DNA of 64,000 bases, from the NCBI GenBank assembly GCA_963675755.2, contig CAXXMD010000003.1:2816001-2880000 (forward strand), written 5' to 3'. Both the position numbers and the translations under genes were made by a program. The notes under the pieces were generated by a model, which was not told where the DNA came from, did no database searches, and was given only the letters and a program-made list of their open reading frames with translations. This DNA comes from a bacterium (lineage in GTDB: Bacteria; Zhuqueibacterota; Zhuqueibacteria; Residuimicrobiales; Krinioviventaceae). Of the stretch, positions 20,970 to 30,934 are shown piece by piece (the first letter of the stretch is position 1; every line of letters begins with the position of its first letter).

Positions 20970-22040
20970 TTATTTTTCTCCAAACCGTTTTCGTACCGGG
21001 GTGCGTTTGTAATCTGAGCGGTTCAAATTCACATCCGTACGGGGATCATACGATTCATTGTCCGTATAGATCACATCCCCATTGGGATTCGTCCAGCGAT
21101 AGTGCCACTGGTTTGAGCCGGTTTCTACTTTGTTGGTAAAGGGATTGACATATTCTTCCTGATCGGTCAGGGTGAGGAACATGTCGTTATGGATTTCCGC
21201 GTTCATTTTCTGTCGGTGGTCTACAATAGCCTGCTCAATTTTCTGTGTATCCCGCAATACCTCTATCATGGTGGCGCTACGCTGTGATTGTCCGCGAATT
21301 TCACCTTTTAACCATTGCGCGTCGAGCTGTACCGAGTTTTGTATTACGCTGAGCAGAGGCTGCCATTGGTCGAACGCGTTAGCGGGGGCTCTGATTAGAA
21401 GGGTTTCCTTGTTGCCCCAGAGACCGGCACCCAATTGTCCCCAGTTTTCGATCACGGTTATGATTTTTTCTTTATATTGGGTACCATTTTCAGTATAGAT
21501 CAAAGTTGCTAAACATGCATCATAACTCATGGTGAGTTGCGGCATATAGGTTTGCACGTGTTTGAGAAATGCCTGTTCGAGATCTGGCAGCGGTTTTTGC
21601 TCTGTGATATTGTAATTTGATAATCCGGGATGCGCGTATGGGATAACCTGGCCTTGGATAAATTGCTCTGCGGTCATAACCGGGAAAACACTCATGCCGT
21701 TATAATTACTTCCATTTGGGAACAGCCCCATTTGCCCTGCGGGAGAATAGCGCATGTCGAAATAGAGCATATCCGGCAGCCAGCGGATCATGACGGTACC
21801 TTGATTGTTCTTGACAGTAAAATCCACTTTGGCGGCAATGGCGTTACCGGCCCCGCCAATCTGGTTGGGATCGAGCCTGAAAATGCCGCCATCTGTTTGC
21901 CAGCCCTGCGGTACCAGCAAGGTAAAGGCTTTTTCGTTTGGCTCTGTTTTTTGTTGTAATAACAGTGTGTTGTTTGTGGAAGAAAATAAAAGCGCGGGCA
22001 GCAGAATCACACTCGTCAGGAATATTGAAAAATTTTTCAT
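20970..22040 (-). CDS. Exported hypothetical protein
   Basis: GAGGTG RBS overlapping the upstream stop, signal peptide MKNFSIFLTSVILLPALLFS. No domain recognised. Confidence 0.8.
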   Translation of the reverse strand: MKNFSIFLTSVILLPALLFSSTNNTLLLQQKTEPNEKAFTLLVPQGWQTDGGIFRLDPNQIGGAGNAIAAKVDFTVKNNQGTVMIRWLPDMLYFDMRYSPAGQMGLFPNGSNYNGMSVFPVMTAEQFIQGQVIPYAHPGLSNYNITEQKPLPDLEQAFLKHVQTYMPQLTMSYDACLATLIYTENGTQYKEKIITVIENWGQLGAGLWGNKETLLIRAPANAFDQWQPLLSVIQNSVQLDAQWLKGEIRGQSQRSATMIEVLRDTQKIEQAIVDHRQKMNAEIHNDMFLTLTDQEEYVNPFTNKVETGSNQWHYRWTNPNGDVIYTDNESYDPRTDVNLNRSDYKRTPVRKRFGEK

Positions 22041-22048
22041 AATACACC

Positions 22049-23557
22049 TCAATTGTTGAGAGGTAATTCAATTTTAAAAGTGCTTCCTTTGTTTAGTTCT
22101 GATGAAACCGTCAGGTTCCCCTTGTGTTCCTGTATGATCTGGTAACAGATTGACAGGCCTAACCCCACGCCAACCCCAACGCTCCAGTTTGTAAAACCCG
22201 GTTCAAAAATATGAGCTAAATCTTTTTCTGCAATACCTTTTCCCGAATCTGCAATTTCTATGGTTATATATGAATCGTGTACTGCTGTTTTTATTTGTAT
22301 TTCACCAGTTCCATTCATTGCTTTTTTAGCATTATCAAACAACTGCCAATAGACCTGGTTAAGTTTGGCAGGGTAACAGGCAATCTGCGGAAGGTCTGCA
22401 TAATCTTTGATAAATTCAAGTTGATTATCTGACCTGGCTGTAAACAATTCTATGGTAGTATCAATACCTTCGTGAATATCAATGCGCTGGAGTTCACCTT
22501 CATCGAGCTGGATAAATGATTTCATTTTTTGCACCATATCTCCAACCCGTTTTGCACCTTCACTGTTTACTCTTACCAGGTCGTTCATTACAGTTAATAA
22601 TTTCTGCAGTTGCGCGGTTTTTGAATCCGAGTCTGGCTCTGTTAATGTGTTGTTGAGTTTAGTTATACTGGATGATAGAGTAGAATTGGTGCTTTGTACT
22701 GCGCCAATGGGATTGTTAATCTCGTGAGCGAATCCTGCAATTAACCGGCCCATGGATGCCATTTTTTCGCTTTGAACAAGCCGGGCCTGGGCTTCGTGCA
22801 GATGTCTGGTGCGGTCTACAACCTTTTGCTCAAGGCTGACGTTCAGCTCGGTAATGGTATTGTATTGATATTGGTTTATTGACAGGTAAAAGATAACCGA
22901 CGCCACTATTATGGATACATCTACAAGGGGACCACTTTCAAATCCGGTTAATGGCAAAAGAATACCCAATACAGGGCCAGCGGAAAGAATAATAAACAGT
23001 CCAATTGAAATAGTTTTTAAAAATTCTTTATAATGTCCGGTGGGGGCACTTTTAATAGCTTTATAGAGTAGGATCAAAACAAAAATAACAAATAGGATGG
23101 CAATGCTTTCAATCGGATACATCCAGGAAGAATATGCGATACCGATGCTGCCATCCGGATTTTTATAAATATTTGAAACAAATTTATCACTTAGACCCAG
23201 AAATACTGCAGACGCAAAAAGTGCTATAGGCATGGTTCTGAAATAAAATTTTAAAGAGATACCCGAAATTTTCTCATCCTGACGATCAATAAAACCGGTC
23301 AAAACCATAATAAAATAGACAATGATGAAAAATTCGGAACTGTTGAGAAAGATAGCAAACTTTAGCCATTTACCATATGTTGAGATATCTGTAATTTGCT
23401 GCATGAAAAAGCTGTTCAAGCTTGCTGCAGAAAGCGAAAGCATGAGCAAACTCAGCGCGGTTTGCATGCGTTTTTGATAATTACGATTGAGCCAGGCCAT
23501 AAGAGCCAGCACAAAGGTCATAAAAGAGGCAATTACTGATGTAAATTCAAGTTGCAT
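22049..23557 (-). CDS. 7TM sensor histidine kinase (NtrB-like)
   Basis: Hydrophobic N-half, LVQSEKMASMGRLIAGFAHEINNP, DSGKG, IFEPGFT, GVGLGLSI. Confidence 0.92.
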   Translation of the reverse strand: MQLEFTSVIASFMTFVLALMAWLNRNYQKRMQTALSLLMLSLSAASLNSFFMQQITDISTYGKWLKFAIFLNSSEFFIIVYFIMVLTGFIDRQDEKISGISLKFYFRTMPIALFASAVFLGLSDKFVSNIYKNPDGSIGIAYSSWMYPIESIAILFVIFVLILLYKAIKSAPTGHYKEFLKTISIGLFIILSAGPVLGILLPLTGFESGPLVDVSIIVASVIFYLSINQYQYNTITELNVSLEQKVVDRTRHLHEAQARLVQSEKMASMGRLIAGFAHEINNPIGAVQSTNSTLSSSITKLNNTLTEPDSDSKTAQLQKLLTVMNDLVRVNSEGAKRVGDMVQKMKSFIQLDEGELQRIDIHEGIDTTIELFTARSDNQLEFIKDYADLPQIACYPAKLNQVYWQLFDNAKKAMNGTGEIQIKTAVHDSYITIEIADSGKGIAEKDLAHIFEPGFTNWSVGVGVGLGLSICYQIIQEHKGNLTVSSELNKGSTFKIELPLNN

Positions 23558-23654
23558 AACTTCTCAAAATTAATTCTTAAGAAATTAGCATTTTTTTAGG
23601 TGGGATGCAATGGGGAATTTGAATAGAGGGAATTTATATTAAAGATGATATTGT

Positions 23655-24122
23655 TTATTCCTTTTTTAAAGATTTTAAACCGAATCCACTTCCTAGACCA
23701 CCAACAAAAGCTATAAAAATCTTAATAATGTCAAGTAATAATTCATTGTTTCTAGGCAACAAAAAAATTACAAGAAATAAAAATACAGAGATCCCCAATA
23801 TTGTATAAACTAATACAAACCAACGATTTGAACTTTTTAACTTATAATCATTTTCGTCATCTTTTTGAGTGTAATCTAGGAATTTATCAATATGTTCTTC
23901 CGTAAATTTTTCAAAAAGAGGGTGCCCTATTCCACTTCCTCTTAAAGATGTTTGCATTAATGACATGCTTATAGAATTTCTTTTCTCTTGCGGCATGTCC
24001 TCAAATATTTCAGTTAAAAAGTCTGGGAAATCTTGTGTTTCTTTTTCTTTAGTCACCTTTGTAGGGTGTTCAGAAGTAGTGTTTTTTTGTTTCTTGTCTT
24101 TACTATCTTGATCATCAGTCAT
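23655..24122 (-). CDS. Hypothetical protein with two C-terminal TM helices
   Basis: 155-aa ORF with a charged N-terminus and two hydrophobic helices, in very AT-rich DNA. Confidence 0.7.
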   Translation of the reverse strand: MTDDQDSKDKKQKNTTSEHPTKVTKEKETQDFPDFLTEIFEDMPQEKRNSISMSLMQTSLRGSGIGHPLFEKFTEEHIDKFLDYTQKDDENDYKLKSSNRWFVLVYTILGISVFLFLVIFLLPRNNELLLDIIKIFIAFVGGLGSGFGLKSLKKE

Positions 24123-24135
24123 TTTGTATCCTGAA

Positions 24136-24378
24136 TTATTTGTTTAAATTCGATTCGATTTTTTTGTCAAATTGTTCAAGTTTTCTTATATACTTTATAT
24201 TTATTTGTTGTTCAAATGATGAGATAATGAATAGTTTAATGAACTGATTTAATGTTTTATCTGAAATAGCATTTTGATGATAAAAGTTGAGTAATTTCTT
24301 TGTAAAATCACGAGTATTGATTTTATATGAATCCTCTGAATTTAATAATTGATTTATTAACAACGAATAATTGTTCAT
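24136..24378 (-). CDS. Small hypothetical protein
   Basis: 80-aa ORF in AT-rich DNA, ending 13 bp before the next gene. Confidence 0.55.
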   Translation of the reverse strand: MNNYSLLINQLLNSEDSYKINTRDFTKKLLNFYHQNAISDKTLNQFIKLFIISSFEQQINIKYIRKLEQFDKKIESNLNK

Positions 24379-24576
24379 CTTTATACTCTTAGTTTATATT
24401 AAGTTTATGTATTAAGGTTCAAAAAAAATATATGAAAATCAAGCAATTTTTTATTGATAAATAAAAACCATAATTGTTAATTTTATTAAACAATTAATTG
24501 ATTTATTATATGTTTTATCTAATAAAAATTATACAAGTTCCCGTTTTGGCAAAAAAAATATCTTGTATTTTAATGA

Positions 24577-24747
24577 TTATTTTAAAACCACCCATAATCC
24601 ATGGATAATACCCGGAATAAAGAACAGGAGACAGAGCAGGATATTGATGATCAGATCTTTGCCCACCCCTTTTTTCATAAATACACCCACAGGTGGAAGG
24701 ATAAGAACCAGGATGATCTGTAAGATTTTTTCAGTTTTTTTAGTCAT
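24577..24747 (-). CDS. YqaE/Pmp3-family small membrane proteolipid (56 aa)
   Basis: Below the ORF-track cutoff. MTKKTEKILQIILVLILPPVGVFMKKGVGKDLIINILLCLLFFIPGIIHGLWVVLK has the LPP-GV and IPGIIH-LW hallmarks. GAGG RBS. Confidence 0.9.
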   Translation of the reverse strand: MTKKTEKILQIILVLILPPVGVFMKKGVGKDLIINILLCLLFFIPGIIHGLWVVLK

Positions 24748-24798
24748 TATATATCCCTCTGTTTTTTTTATTGTTCTACAGTTTTGTGTTGTTACAGT

Positions 24799-26265
24799 TT
24801 ATAGCGGTTGTTCCAGGGCCGGTTTGACGGTCCATAATTGCATTTTGGTCATTTCTGCCAAATTTGTCATGTCCAGATCGGGACGATGAACAATCCAGTG
24901 TTTAAAATCCATAACTTCTTTAATAATTGCTTCTTCATTTTCTACTGGATATGGATCAAAAGAGATTATTGAATATTCCTGTTTGGGACTGTTTGATAAA
25001 AGATCGAGATACACTGAGCTGAACAATTGTAATAAAGAACCGGTGCCAATTTCCCGGCCATCTGTCATTAATCCTGCCGGTAGGTTGTTATATTCATTAA
25101 TAAATGCTGAAGCCTGGCTAGCAATCAGTAATGCATCCTCAAGTGTTATGTTGTCAATTTCCGGTGTTTCAATGGGCATTTGCAAGGGCCCAAAAACACT
25201 CTGACGCTGAAGAGTAGGAGCAAGTGAATTGTTGATTTTATACAAGCTGAGAGATTGTGCCAGCGCTGTGAATATCTCTGCAGGAGTAAAATAATCGCTA
25301 ATTATTACCTCTTGTTTTGCCAATATCTCTTTGGCGATGGCGCTCAACTCGTCTTGTGTGATTTCCTGCTTTTGCCAGGAAAATTTTTGAATCAAATCCC
25401 GATAAGTGGCAAATTCCACATAATCATGACTTTTTACAAACTGCATTAACCGGCCAAAGTTTTTTTGCGCGGTTTTCATGGTTTCCCGGGGGCGCAATTC
25501 TGGTGCTTTCCATTCACTGGCTGGAGGATTGGCTCCTTCATAGAAATTAAAATCCCAGAATTGTTCACTGCGAACTTTGCAGGGATGACAGGCAAAAAAC
25601 GAAACAACATCTTTGTTTTGAATGTCGTTATCAAAACGTTCTTTTAAACTGGCTAATGCGGGTTCAAATAATTCATCTTTATAGTAAGTGTTGTCAAAAC
25701 CACCATACTCGCCGTGAAAATTAAGGGCATTGCAGAACCAGGTTGCGTTTCTGTTTTCGAGATGGATGGGGGAATAGATATACGCTTTACCCATTTCACC
25801 CAATGCGCGAACAAGCTGGGGGCCGTAACTCCCTCCGTGACGGGCCAATGCACTAACCGGGACCTTAAAGATCCGTTCAAGTTCATTAAAACCTACGGAT
25901 TCGTTTTTAATCATTGCCTCATAACCGGATTGCCAGTCAGCGTTTTCTAAAATTTCTGTCACTGTTGGGTGTATGGAACCCATATTGGTATGGCTGCCAA
26001 TATCGTGACTGGCCATGGCGGCAATAACGTCAGTACGTCCACGTGCTTCAAACGATCTTGCTTTTTCACCAATTACAAAAAAAGTACCGGTTGCTCCTTC
26101 TTTTGTCATAATTTCTGCAAGCCATTTGGGGATATTGTCTATACCTTCGGATTCAGGGGTAATATAATCTTCAACATCGAATACAACAACGACATAAGTT
26201 TTATCTCTGGCAAAAAGTATAGTTGTTGTGAGGATGAAAAGGGTGATCAGGGTTTGGATTTTCAT
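24799..26265 (-). CDS. Exported polysaccharide-deacetylase-like (NodB fold) protein
   Basis: Signal peptide, FDVED, GTFFVIGEKA, HDIGSHT. GGAG RBS favours start at 26265. Confidence 0.65.
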   Translation of the reverse strand: MKIQTLITLFILTTTILFARDKTYVVVVFDVEDYITPESEGIDNIPKWLAEIMTKEGATGTFFVIGEKARSFEARGRTDVIAAMASHDIGSHTNMGSIHPTVTEILENADWQSGYEAMIKNESVGFNELERIFKVPVSALARHGGSYGPQLVRALGEMGKAYIYSPIHLENRNATWFCNALNFHGEYGGFDNTYYKDELFEPALASLKERFDNDIQNKDVVSFFACHPCKVRSEQFWDFNFYEGANPPASEWKAPELRPRETMKTAQKNFGRLMQFVKSHDYVEFATYRDLIQKFSWQKQEITQDELSAIAKEILAKQEVIISDYFTPAEIFTALAQSLSLYKINNSLAPTLQRQSVFGPLQMPIETPEIDNITLEDALLIASQASAFINEYNNLPAGLMTDGREIGTGSLLQLFSSVYLDLLSNSPKQEYSIISFDPYPVENEEAIIKEVMDFKHWIVHRPDLDMTNLAEMTKMQLWTVKPALEQPL

Positions 26266-26375
26266 GATTTTCTCCATATTGAACCGGGTATTCATGGAAT
26301 GTTTTACATTTTTCAAATATTGATATTAGAAAAATAAATGCTTTTCAGTATAAAAGCAAAGACTTTTTCTGATGG

Positions 26376-27092
26376 CTAATGTTCTGTAGAGAAAAGGTAG
26401 CCGGCGCTTCTTACGCTTTTGAATATTTGGGGAGATTTGGGGTTGGTTTCAAAATATTTTCGAAGTCGTGCCATGAAAATATCAACCGTTCTTGTTTCAA
26501 CCGGTTTGTCAATCTGCCAGACATTTTCAAGCAATTCCTGCCTGGAGACGACGGTGTCTTTATGATCAATCAAGTATTTTAACAGCATGGCTTCGTGTGG
26601 AGTTAACCGAAACTCATTCTTGGCGGATACACAATGAAGATTATTAAAATTAACCGTGTAATTACCAATGACAATGGTAGGATTTTCATTGGATGTGGAT
26701 TTGTACCATGCTTTGCGCCTCAGCATGCCTTTTACCCTGAGTAACAATTCCTCAAGATGAAAGGGTTTGGCAATATAATCATCAGCGCCGGTTTCAAGCC
26801 CTTTAATCCGGTCTTTAATGCCTGTACGGGCCGTAAGCATCAGGATGGGGATTTGCGGATCAGACTGCCGCATGTGTTCAGCTACTTCATAACCATTCAA
26901 ATAGGGCAGCATAATGTCCAGTATTACAAGATCAAACTGCTCTTTATCAAATTGATCAATTGCTTGCCTGCCATCCGGTGCTATAGATACCTGATACCCC
27001 TCTTCATTCAGGTTAAACTCTAATCCTACAGCGAGGGATTCTTCATCCTCAACAATCAGAATGCGGCTGCCTTTAAAATCATGATCACTCAT
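26376..27092 (-). CDS. OmpR/PhoB-family response regulator
   Basis: ILIVEDE, LDIMLP, GADDYIAKPF, winged helix TRTVDIFMARLRK...SVRSAGY. ATG overlaps the kinase stop. Confidence 0.95.
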   Translation of the reverse strand: MSDHDFKGSRILIVEDEESLAVGLEFNLNEEGYQVSIAPDGRQAIDQFDKEQFDLVILDIMLPYLNGYEVAEHMRQSDPQIPILMLTARTGIKDRIKGLETGADDYIAKPFHLEELLLRVKGMLRRKAWYKSTSNENPTIVIGNYTVNFNNLHCVSAKNEFRLTPHEAMLLKYLIDHKDTVVSRQELLENVWQIDKPVETRTVDIFMARLRKYFETNPKSPQIFKSVRSAGYLFSTEH

Positions 27093-28107
27093 TGATTTCT
27101 TCCTGTCTATTTTTGCGTTTTTGGGCAAGCTTTAACAAGTTGTTGATATAACGTTGTTTTACTGCCTGGTATATGGGCAATTCTATCCGAAATGTGGTTC
27201 CTTTTCCAATACCTTCGCTTTGTACGGTTACTCTACCGCCATGTGTTTTAATAATTTCCTTGACAAAATAGAGTCCCAGGCCGGTCCCTTTGACATTCGG
27301 TACTGAACGGTTATAAACACGATGGAATTTTTTGAATATGTGTTTCTGTTCTTCCTGATCGATACCTATTCCATTATCAATAAACTTGACAACAACATGG
27401 TTTCTGACAATAGACAGATCCATGGTTATTTGAGGAGAGGATTGAGAATATTTGATTGCATTATCAACCAAATTATCAACAACCATGCGCATTGTATTGG
27501 GATCAATTACGCAGGAATATGGCGCGTTTCCTGTAATAGATACGGATTCAGCCCCCAGTTTGAGCTGACTTGTGCTTTCTCTGAACAGCCGCTGAAAGGT
27601 TTCTCCGGCATCTACCAACTGGTAATCAAAGGGGATTTTTTTTAATTCCATACCTGAAATTGAAAGTATAGACTCGATCAGGTTTTTTAACCGTGCCGCG
27701 TCTTTGATCATTATATTTACAAATTCTTTTTGTTTTTCAGGTGTAACGCTTCTCGTATTCAACGTCTCCAGATAGAGTTGTATGGATGATAATGGAGATT
27801 TAAGTTCGTGGGTCACATTTGCGATAAAATTGTCATACATGATGGTTATTTTTAACTGGCTGGTAAGATTCCTGAAAATTAATGCCATAGCAACGGATAC
27901 AGTAATCATGAGAATCAAACCACCTACCAATGCAACTACATTGGCACTTTTTGATACGATCTGTATGGAATAGTGTTCACCCACATATTCAGAAATCATG
28001 TTGCTGGTAATATACCTGTAAATCCACAATCCCACCATTACAAACCAGGCGAACTGGGCCAATACAAAAATAAATATGGGGTAAAACAGGGTACGGCTTT
28101 TTTTCAT
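27085..28107 (-). CDS. Membrane sensor histidine kinase
   Basis: 2 TM, NVTHELKSPL, NLVDNAIKYS, DNGIG, GTGLGL. Confidence 0.95.
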   Translation of the reverse strand: MKKSRTLFYPIFIFVLAQFAWFVMVGLWIYRYITSNMISEYVGEHYSIQIVSKSANVVALVGGLILMITVSVAMALIFRNLTSQLKITIMYDNFIANVTHELKSPLSSIQLYLETLNTRSVTPEKQKEFVNIMIKDAARLKNLIESILSISGMELKKIPFDYQLVDAGETFQRLFRESTSQLKLGAESVSITGNAPYSCVIDPNTMRMVVDNLVDNAIKYSQSSPQITMDLSIVRNHVVVKFIDNGIGIDQEEQKHIFKKFHRVYNRSVPNVKGTGLGLYFVKEIIKTHGGRVTVQSEGIGKGTTFRIELPIYQAVKQRYINNLLKLAQKRKNRQEEINE

Positions 28108-28170
28108 GCTTGAAATCCGCTTTTTGAGTGCTATACCAAAGTAAAGGTTTTTTATAAATTATAAAAGAGG

Positions 28171-28192
28171 TTTTACACTACTTTTACAGTAC
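28171..28192 (+). promoter_or_regulatory. 11-bp direct repeat, candidate OmpR-family binding site
   Basis: TTTTACACTAC / TTTTACAGTAC (10/11 identical), 17 bp upstream of a TATATT -10-like hexamer at 28210-28215. Confidence 0.6.
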
Positions 28193-28241
28193 TCTTGATT
28201 ATTAATGTTTATATTTAAGGGAATAAGTGAAAGGGTATGGT

Positions 28242-29720
28242 ATGAAAATATTATTAATTTATCCAGAAACGCCCACAACCTTTTGGAGTTTCAGGCATGC
28301 CCTGCGGTTTATTTCAAAAAAATCAAGTGAACCGCCTTTGGGTCTGGTTACGGTTGCGTCATTGCTCCCAAATGATTGGGAGAAAAAACTGATTGATATG
28401 AATGTTACAACCCTGAAAGATAAGCATCTGCTTTGGGCAGATTATGTTTTCCTGACGGGGATGAATGTTCATCTGGAATCATTTAAAAAAGTAGTGAATC
28501 GTTGTAATGTTCTGGGAGTCAAGATAGTTGCCGGTGGCCCCATGTGTACTACGGATTATGAACAATTTCAGGGTATTGATCATTTTATTTTAAATGAAGC
28601 AGAAATTACATTGCCCATGTTTCTCAATGATCTCGAGCAAGGTATTCCCCAGGCAATATATAAATCGGATGAATTTCCGGATTTGAGTAAAACCCCGGTC
28701 CCGGACTGGAGTTTGCTGGATATGAAAAAATACGCTTCAATGAGTGTGCAGTATTCTCGTGGATGTCCCTTTAACTGTGAATTTTGCAGTGTTACCATGT
28801 TAAACGGCCATAAACCTAGAACAAAATCGGTCTCGCAATTTATTGGCGAACTAGATTCTTTATATTCAGCAGGTTGGCGGGGCGGCATTTTTATTGTAGA
28901 CGATAATTTTATTGGCAACAAGCACCGGGTAAAAACAGAATTACTGCCGGCATTAATTGAATGGCAGGAAATACATGATCAACCCTATGAGTTTTTGACC
29001 GAAGTCTCTATCAACCTTGCAGACGATGAAGAACTTGTAATATTACTGGTAAAAGCCGGTTTACGGACGGTTTTTATTGGTATTGAAACCCCCAATGAAG
29101 CCAGTTTGAACGAATGCGGAAAAGGACAAAATTTAAAACGGGATATTGTAGAATCGGTTAAAACCCTGCAGCGTCTTGGACTTGTGGTGCATGGTGGTTT
29201 TATTGTCGGTTTTGACAATGATCCTCAAACCATCTTTGAAGATCAGATAACATTTATACAAAACAGTGGTATTGCCACTGCAATGGTTGGGCTGTTAACA
29301 GCATTATCCGGTACCAAATTATTCAAACGTTTAAAGTCAGAAAATCGATTGTTAAATCTCTCATCCGGTAATAATATGGATGGTTCTTTGAATTTTGTAC
29401 CGACTATGAATTATACAAAATTGGTCAAAGGGTACAAATCACTGTTAGATACGATATATTCTCAAAAAGCATATTATGAACGGGTAAAGATCTTTTTAAA
29501 TGAATATCATATGCCGGAACGGCAAAAAATAAGAATTTCTTTTTACGACATTCGTGCCTTTTTCAGATCCATGATTGTATTGGGTATATTTGAAAAGGGG
29601 AGAAGTTATTATTGGCGATTACTTTTTTACACAATTGTAAAATATCCCAGAAAATTATATTTGGCAGTTACGCTGGCAATATATGGTTTTCATTTTCGGA
29701 GAATTGTTAAAACAGTCTAG
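28242..29720 (+). CDS. B12-binding-domain radical SAM protein (DUF4070-type C-terminus)
   Basis: MKILLIYP..FWSF, PPLGL, VAGGP, SRGCPFNCEFC, IVDDNFIGN. Confidence 0.92.
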   Translation: MKILLIYPETPTTFWSFRHALRFISKKSSEPPLGLVTVASLLPNDWEKKLIDMNVTTLKDKHLLWADYVFLTGMNVHLESFKKVVNRCNVLGVKIVAGGPMCTTDYEQFQGIDHFILNEAEITLPMFLNDLEQGIPQAIYKSDEFPDLSKTPVPDWSLLDMKKYASMSVQYSRGCPFNCEFCSVTMLNGHKPRTKSVSQFIGELDSLYSAGWRGGIFIVDDNFIGNKHRVKTELLPALIEWQEIHDQPYEFLTEVSINLADDEELVILLVKAGLRTVFIGIETPNEASLNECGKGQNLKRDIVESVKTLQRLGLVVHGGFIVGFDNDPQTIFEDQITFIQNSGIATAMVGLLTALSGTKLFKRLKSENRLLNLSSGNNMDGSLNFVPTMNYTKLVKGYKSLLDTIYSQKAYYERVKIFLNEYHMPERQKIRISFYDIRAFFRSMIVLGIFEKGRSYYWRLLFYTIVKYPRKLYLAVTLAIYGFHFRRIVKTV

Positions 29721-29756
29721 TTTAGCAGGTGAATAAGGAAAAGAAAGTAGGAAATT

Positions 29757-30899
29757 ATGATAATTAACCATTTCCCAGAAATGCAAATTGGTAATTTAAA
29801 AATAAAAACTCCAATCATACAGGGAGGAATGGGTGTAGGTGTATCTCTGGCAGGTTTGGCTGCAGCGGTTGCAAATGAAGGCGGAATAGGTGTAATTGCC
29901 ACGCCCGGTATTGGTTTATTTGAAGCGGATTTGAGAAAAAATTATAAAAACGCAAATGCCCGTGCTTTAAAAAAAGAGATATTAAAAGCCAAGAGTATGA
30001 CATCTGGTGCAATTGGCGTAAATATAATGATTGCTTTAACAGATCATGAAACCCTGCTGCACGCGGCACTCGATGCCGGTGCGGATGTGGTTTTTATGGG
30101 TGCGGGATTGCCATTAAAGGTCCCGCAGATGATAACGCCTGAACGTTTGCAACTTGAATCCACCCGAATTGTTCCTATAATCTCTTCTGCAAGAGCAGCG
30201 CAGGCCATTTGTAAAGCCTGGGCTAAACATGATTGTGTGCCCGATGCCTTTGTAGTAGAAGGGCCTATGGCTGGCGGACATTTGGGGTTCAAGAAAGAAC
30301 AGCTTGATGATCCGGATTTTCAACTTGAAAAATTGGTTGCGGAAACTCTGGAGGCATTAAAACCCTTTGAAGAAAGTACGGGTAAAAAAATACCGGTTAT
30401 TGCTGCCGGCGGAATTTTTACCGGTGCGGATATTAAACGGTTTCTCGATCTGGGCGCGGCAGGGGTACAGATGGCAACCCGGTTTGTTGCTACACACGAA
30501 TGTGATGTGGATGACAGCTTTAAGCAGGCTTATGTGAATGCAGGTAAAGAGGATGTAATGATTATTGACAGTCCGGTAGGGTTACCGGGACGTGCAATTC
30601 GTAATCCGTTTTTAACCCGGGTAGAGGCAGGCGAGCATCCTTCATTCAAGTGCCCATGGAAATGTCTGCGAACCTGTGATTTTAGAACTGCACCATATTG
30701 TATTGCCGAAGCATTAACTAATGCGAAAATGGGCAAGCTTGAAGATGGATTCGCATTTGCAGGAGCAAACGCCTGGCGGGTTAACGAGATTGTATCGGTT
30801 AAGGAATTGGTTGATACGCTGGCAAAAGAGTATGATGCGGTTTGTGATAACAATGCTTCTCAAGCCGGTTTGAATTCGATCAGTGCGGATGCTGCTTGA
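29757..30899 (+). CDS. Nitronate monooxygenase-family flavoprotein (FabX/FabK-like)
   Basis: PIIQGGMGVGVS, VEGPMAGGHLG, VIAAGGI, GVQMATRF, C-terminal CPWKCLRTC...YC cysteine cluster. Confidence 0.88.
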   Translation: MIINHFPEMQIGNLKIKTPIIQGGMGVGVSLAGLAAAVANEGGIGVIATPGIGLFEADLRKNYKNANARALKKEILKAKSMTSGAIGVNIMIALTDHETLLHAALDAGADVVFMGAGLPLKVPQMITPERLQLESTRIVPIISSARAAQAICKAWAKHDCVPDAFVVEGPMAGGHLGFKKEQLDDPDFQLEKLVAETLEALKPFEESTGKKIPVIAAGGIFTGADIKRFLDLGAAGVQMATRFVATHECDVDDSFKQAYVNAGKEDVMIIDSPVGLPGRAIRNPFLTRVEAGEHPSFKCPWKCLRTCDFRTAPYCIAEALTNAKMGKLEDGFAFAGANAWRVNEIVSVKELVDTLAKEYDAVCDNNASQAGLNSISADAA

Positions 30900-30910
30900 T
30901 ATATATTATT

Positions 30911-30934
30911 ACCCGGAATTTAGAAATTCCGGGT
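30911..30934. terminator. Hairpin between convergent genes, probable bidirectional terminator
   Basis: ACCCGGAATTT-AG-AAATTCCGGGT perfect inverted repeat. Confidence 0.7.

Noticed and set aside
24563-24889. 108-aa plus-strand ORF
   Set aside because: Antisense to the clear YqaE/Pmp3 gene.
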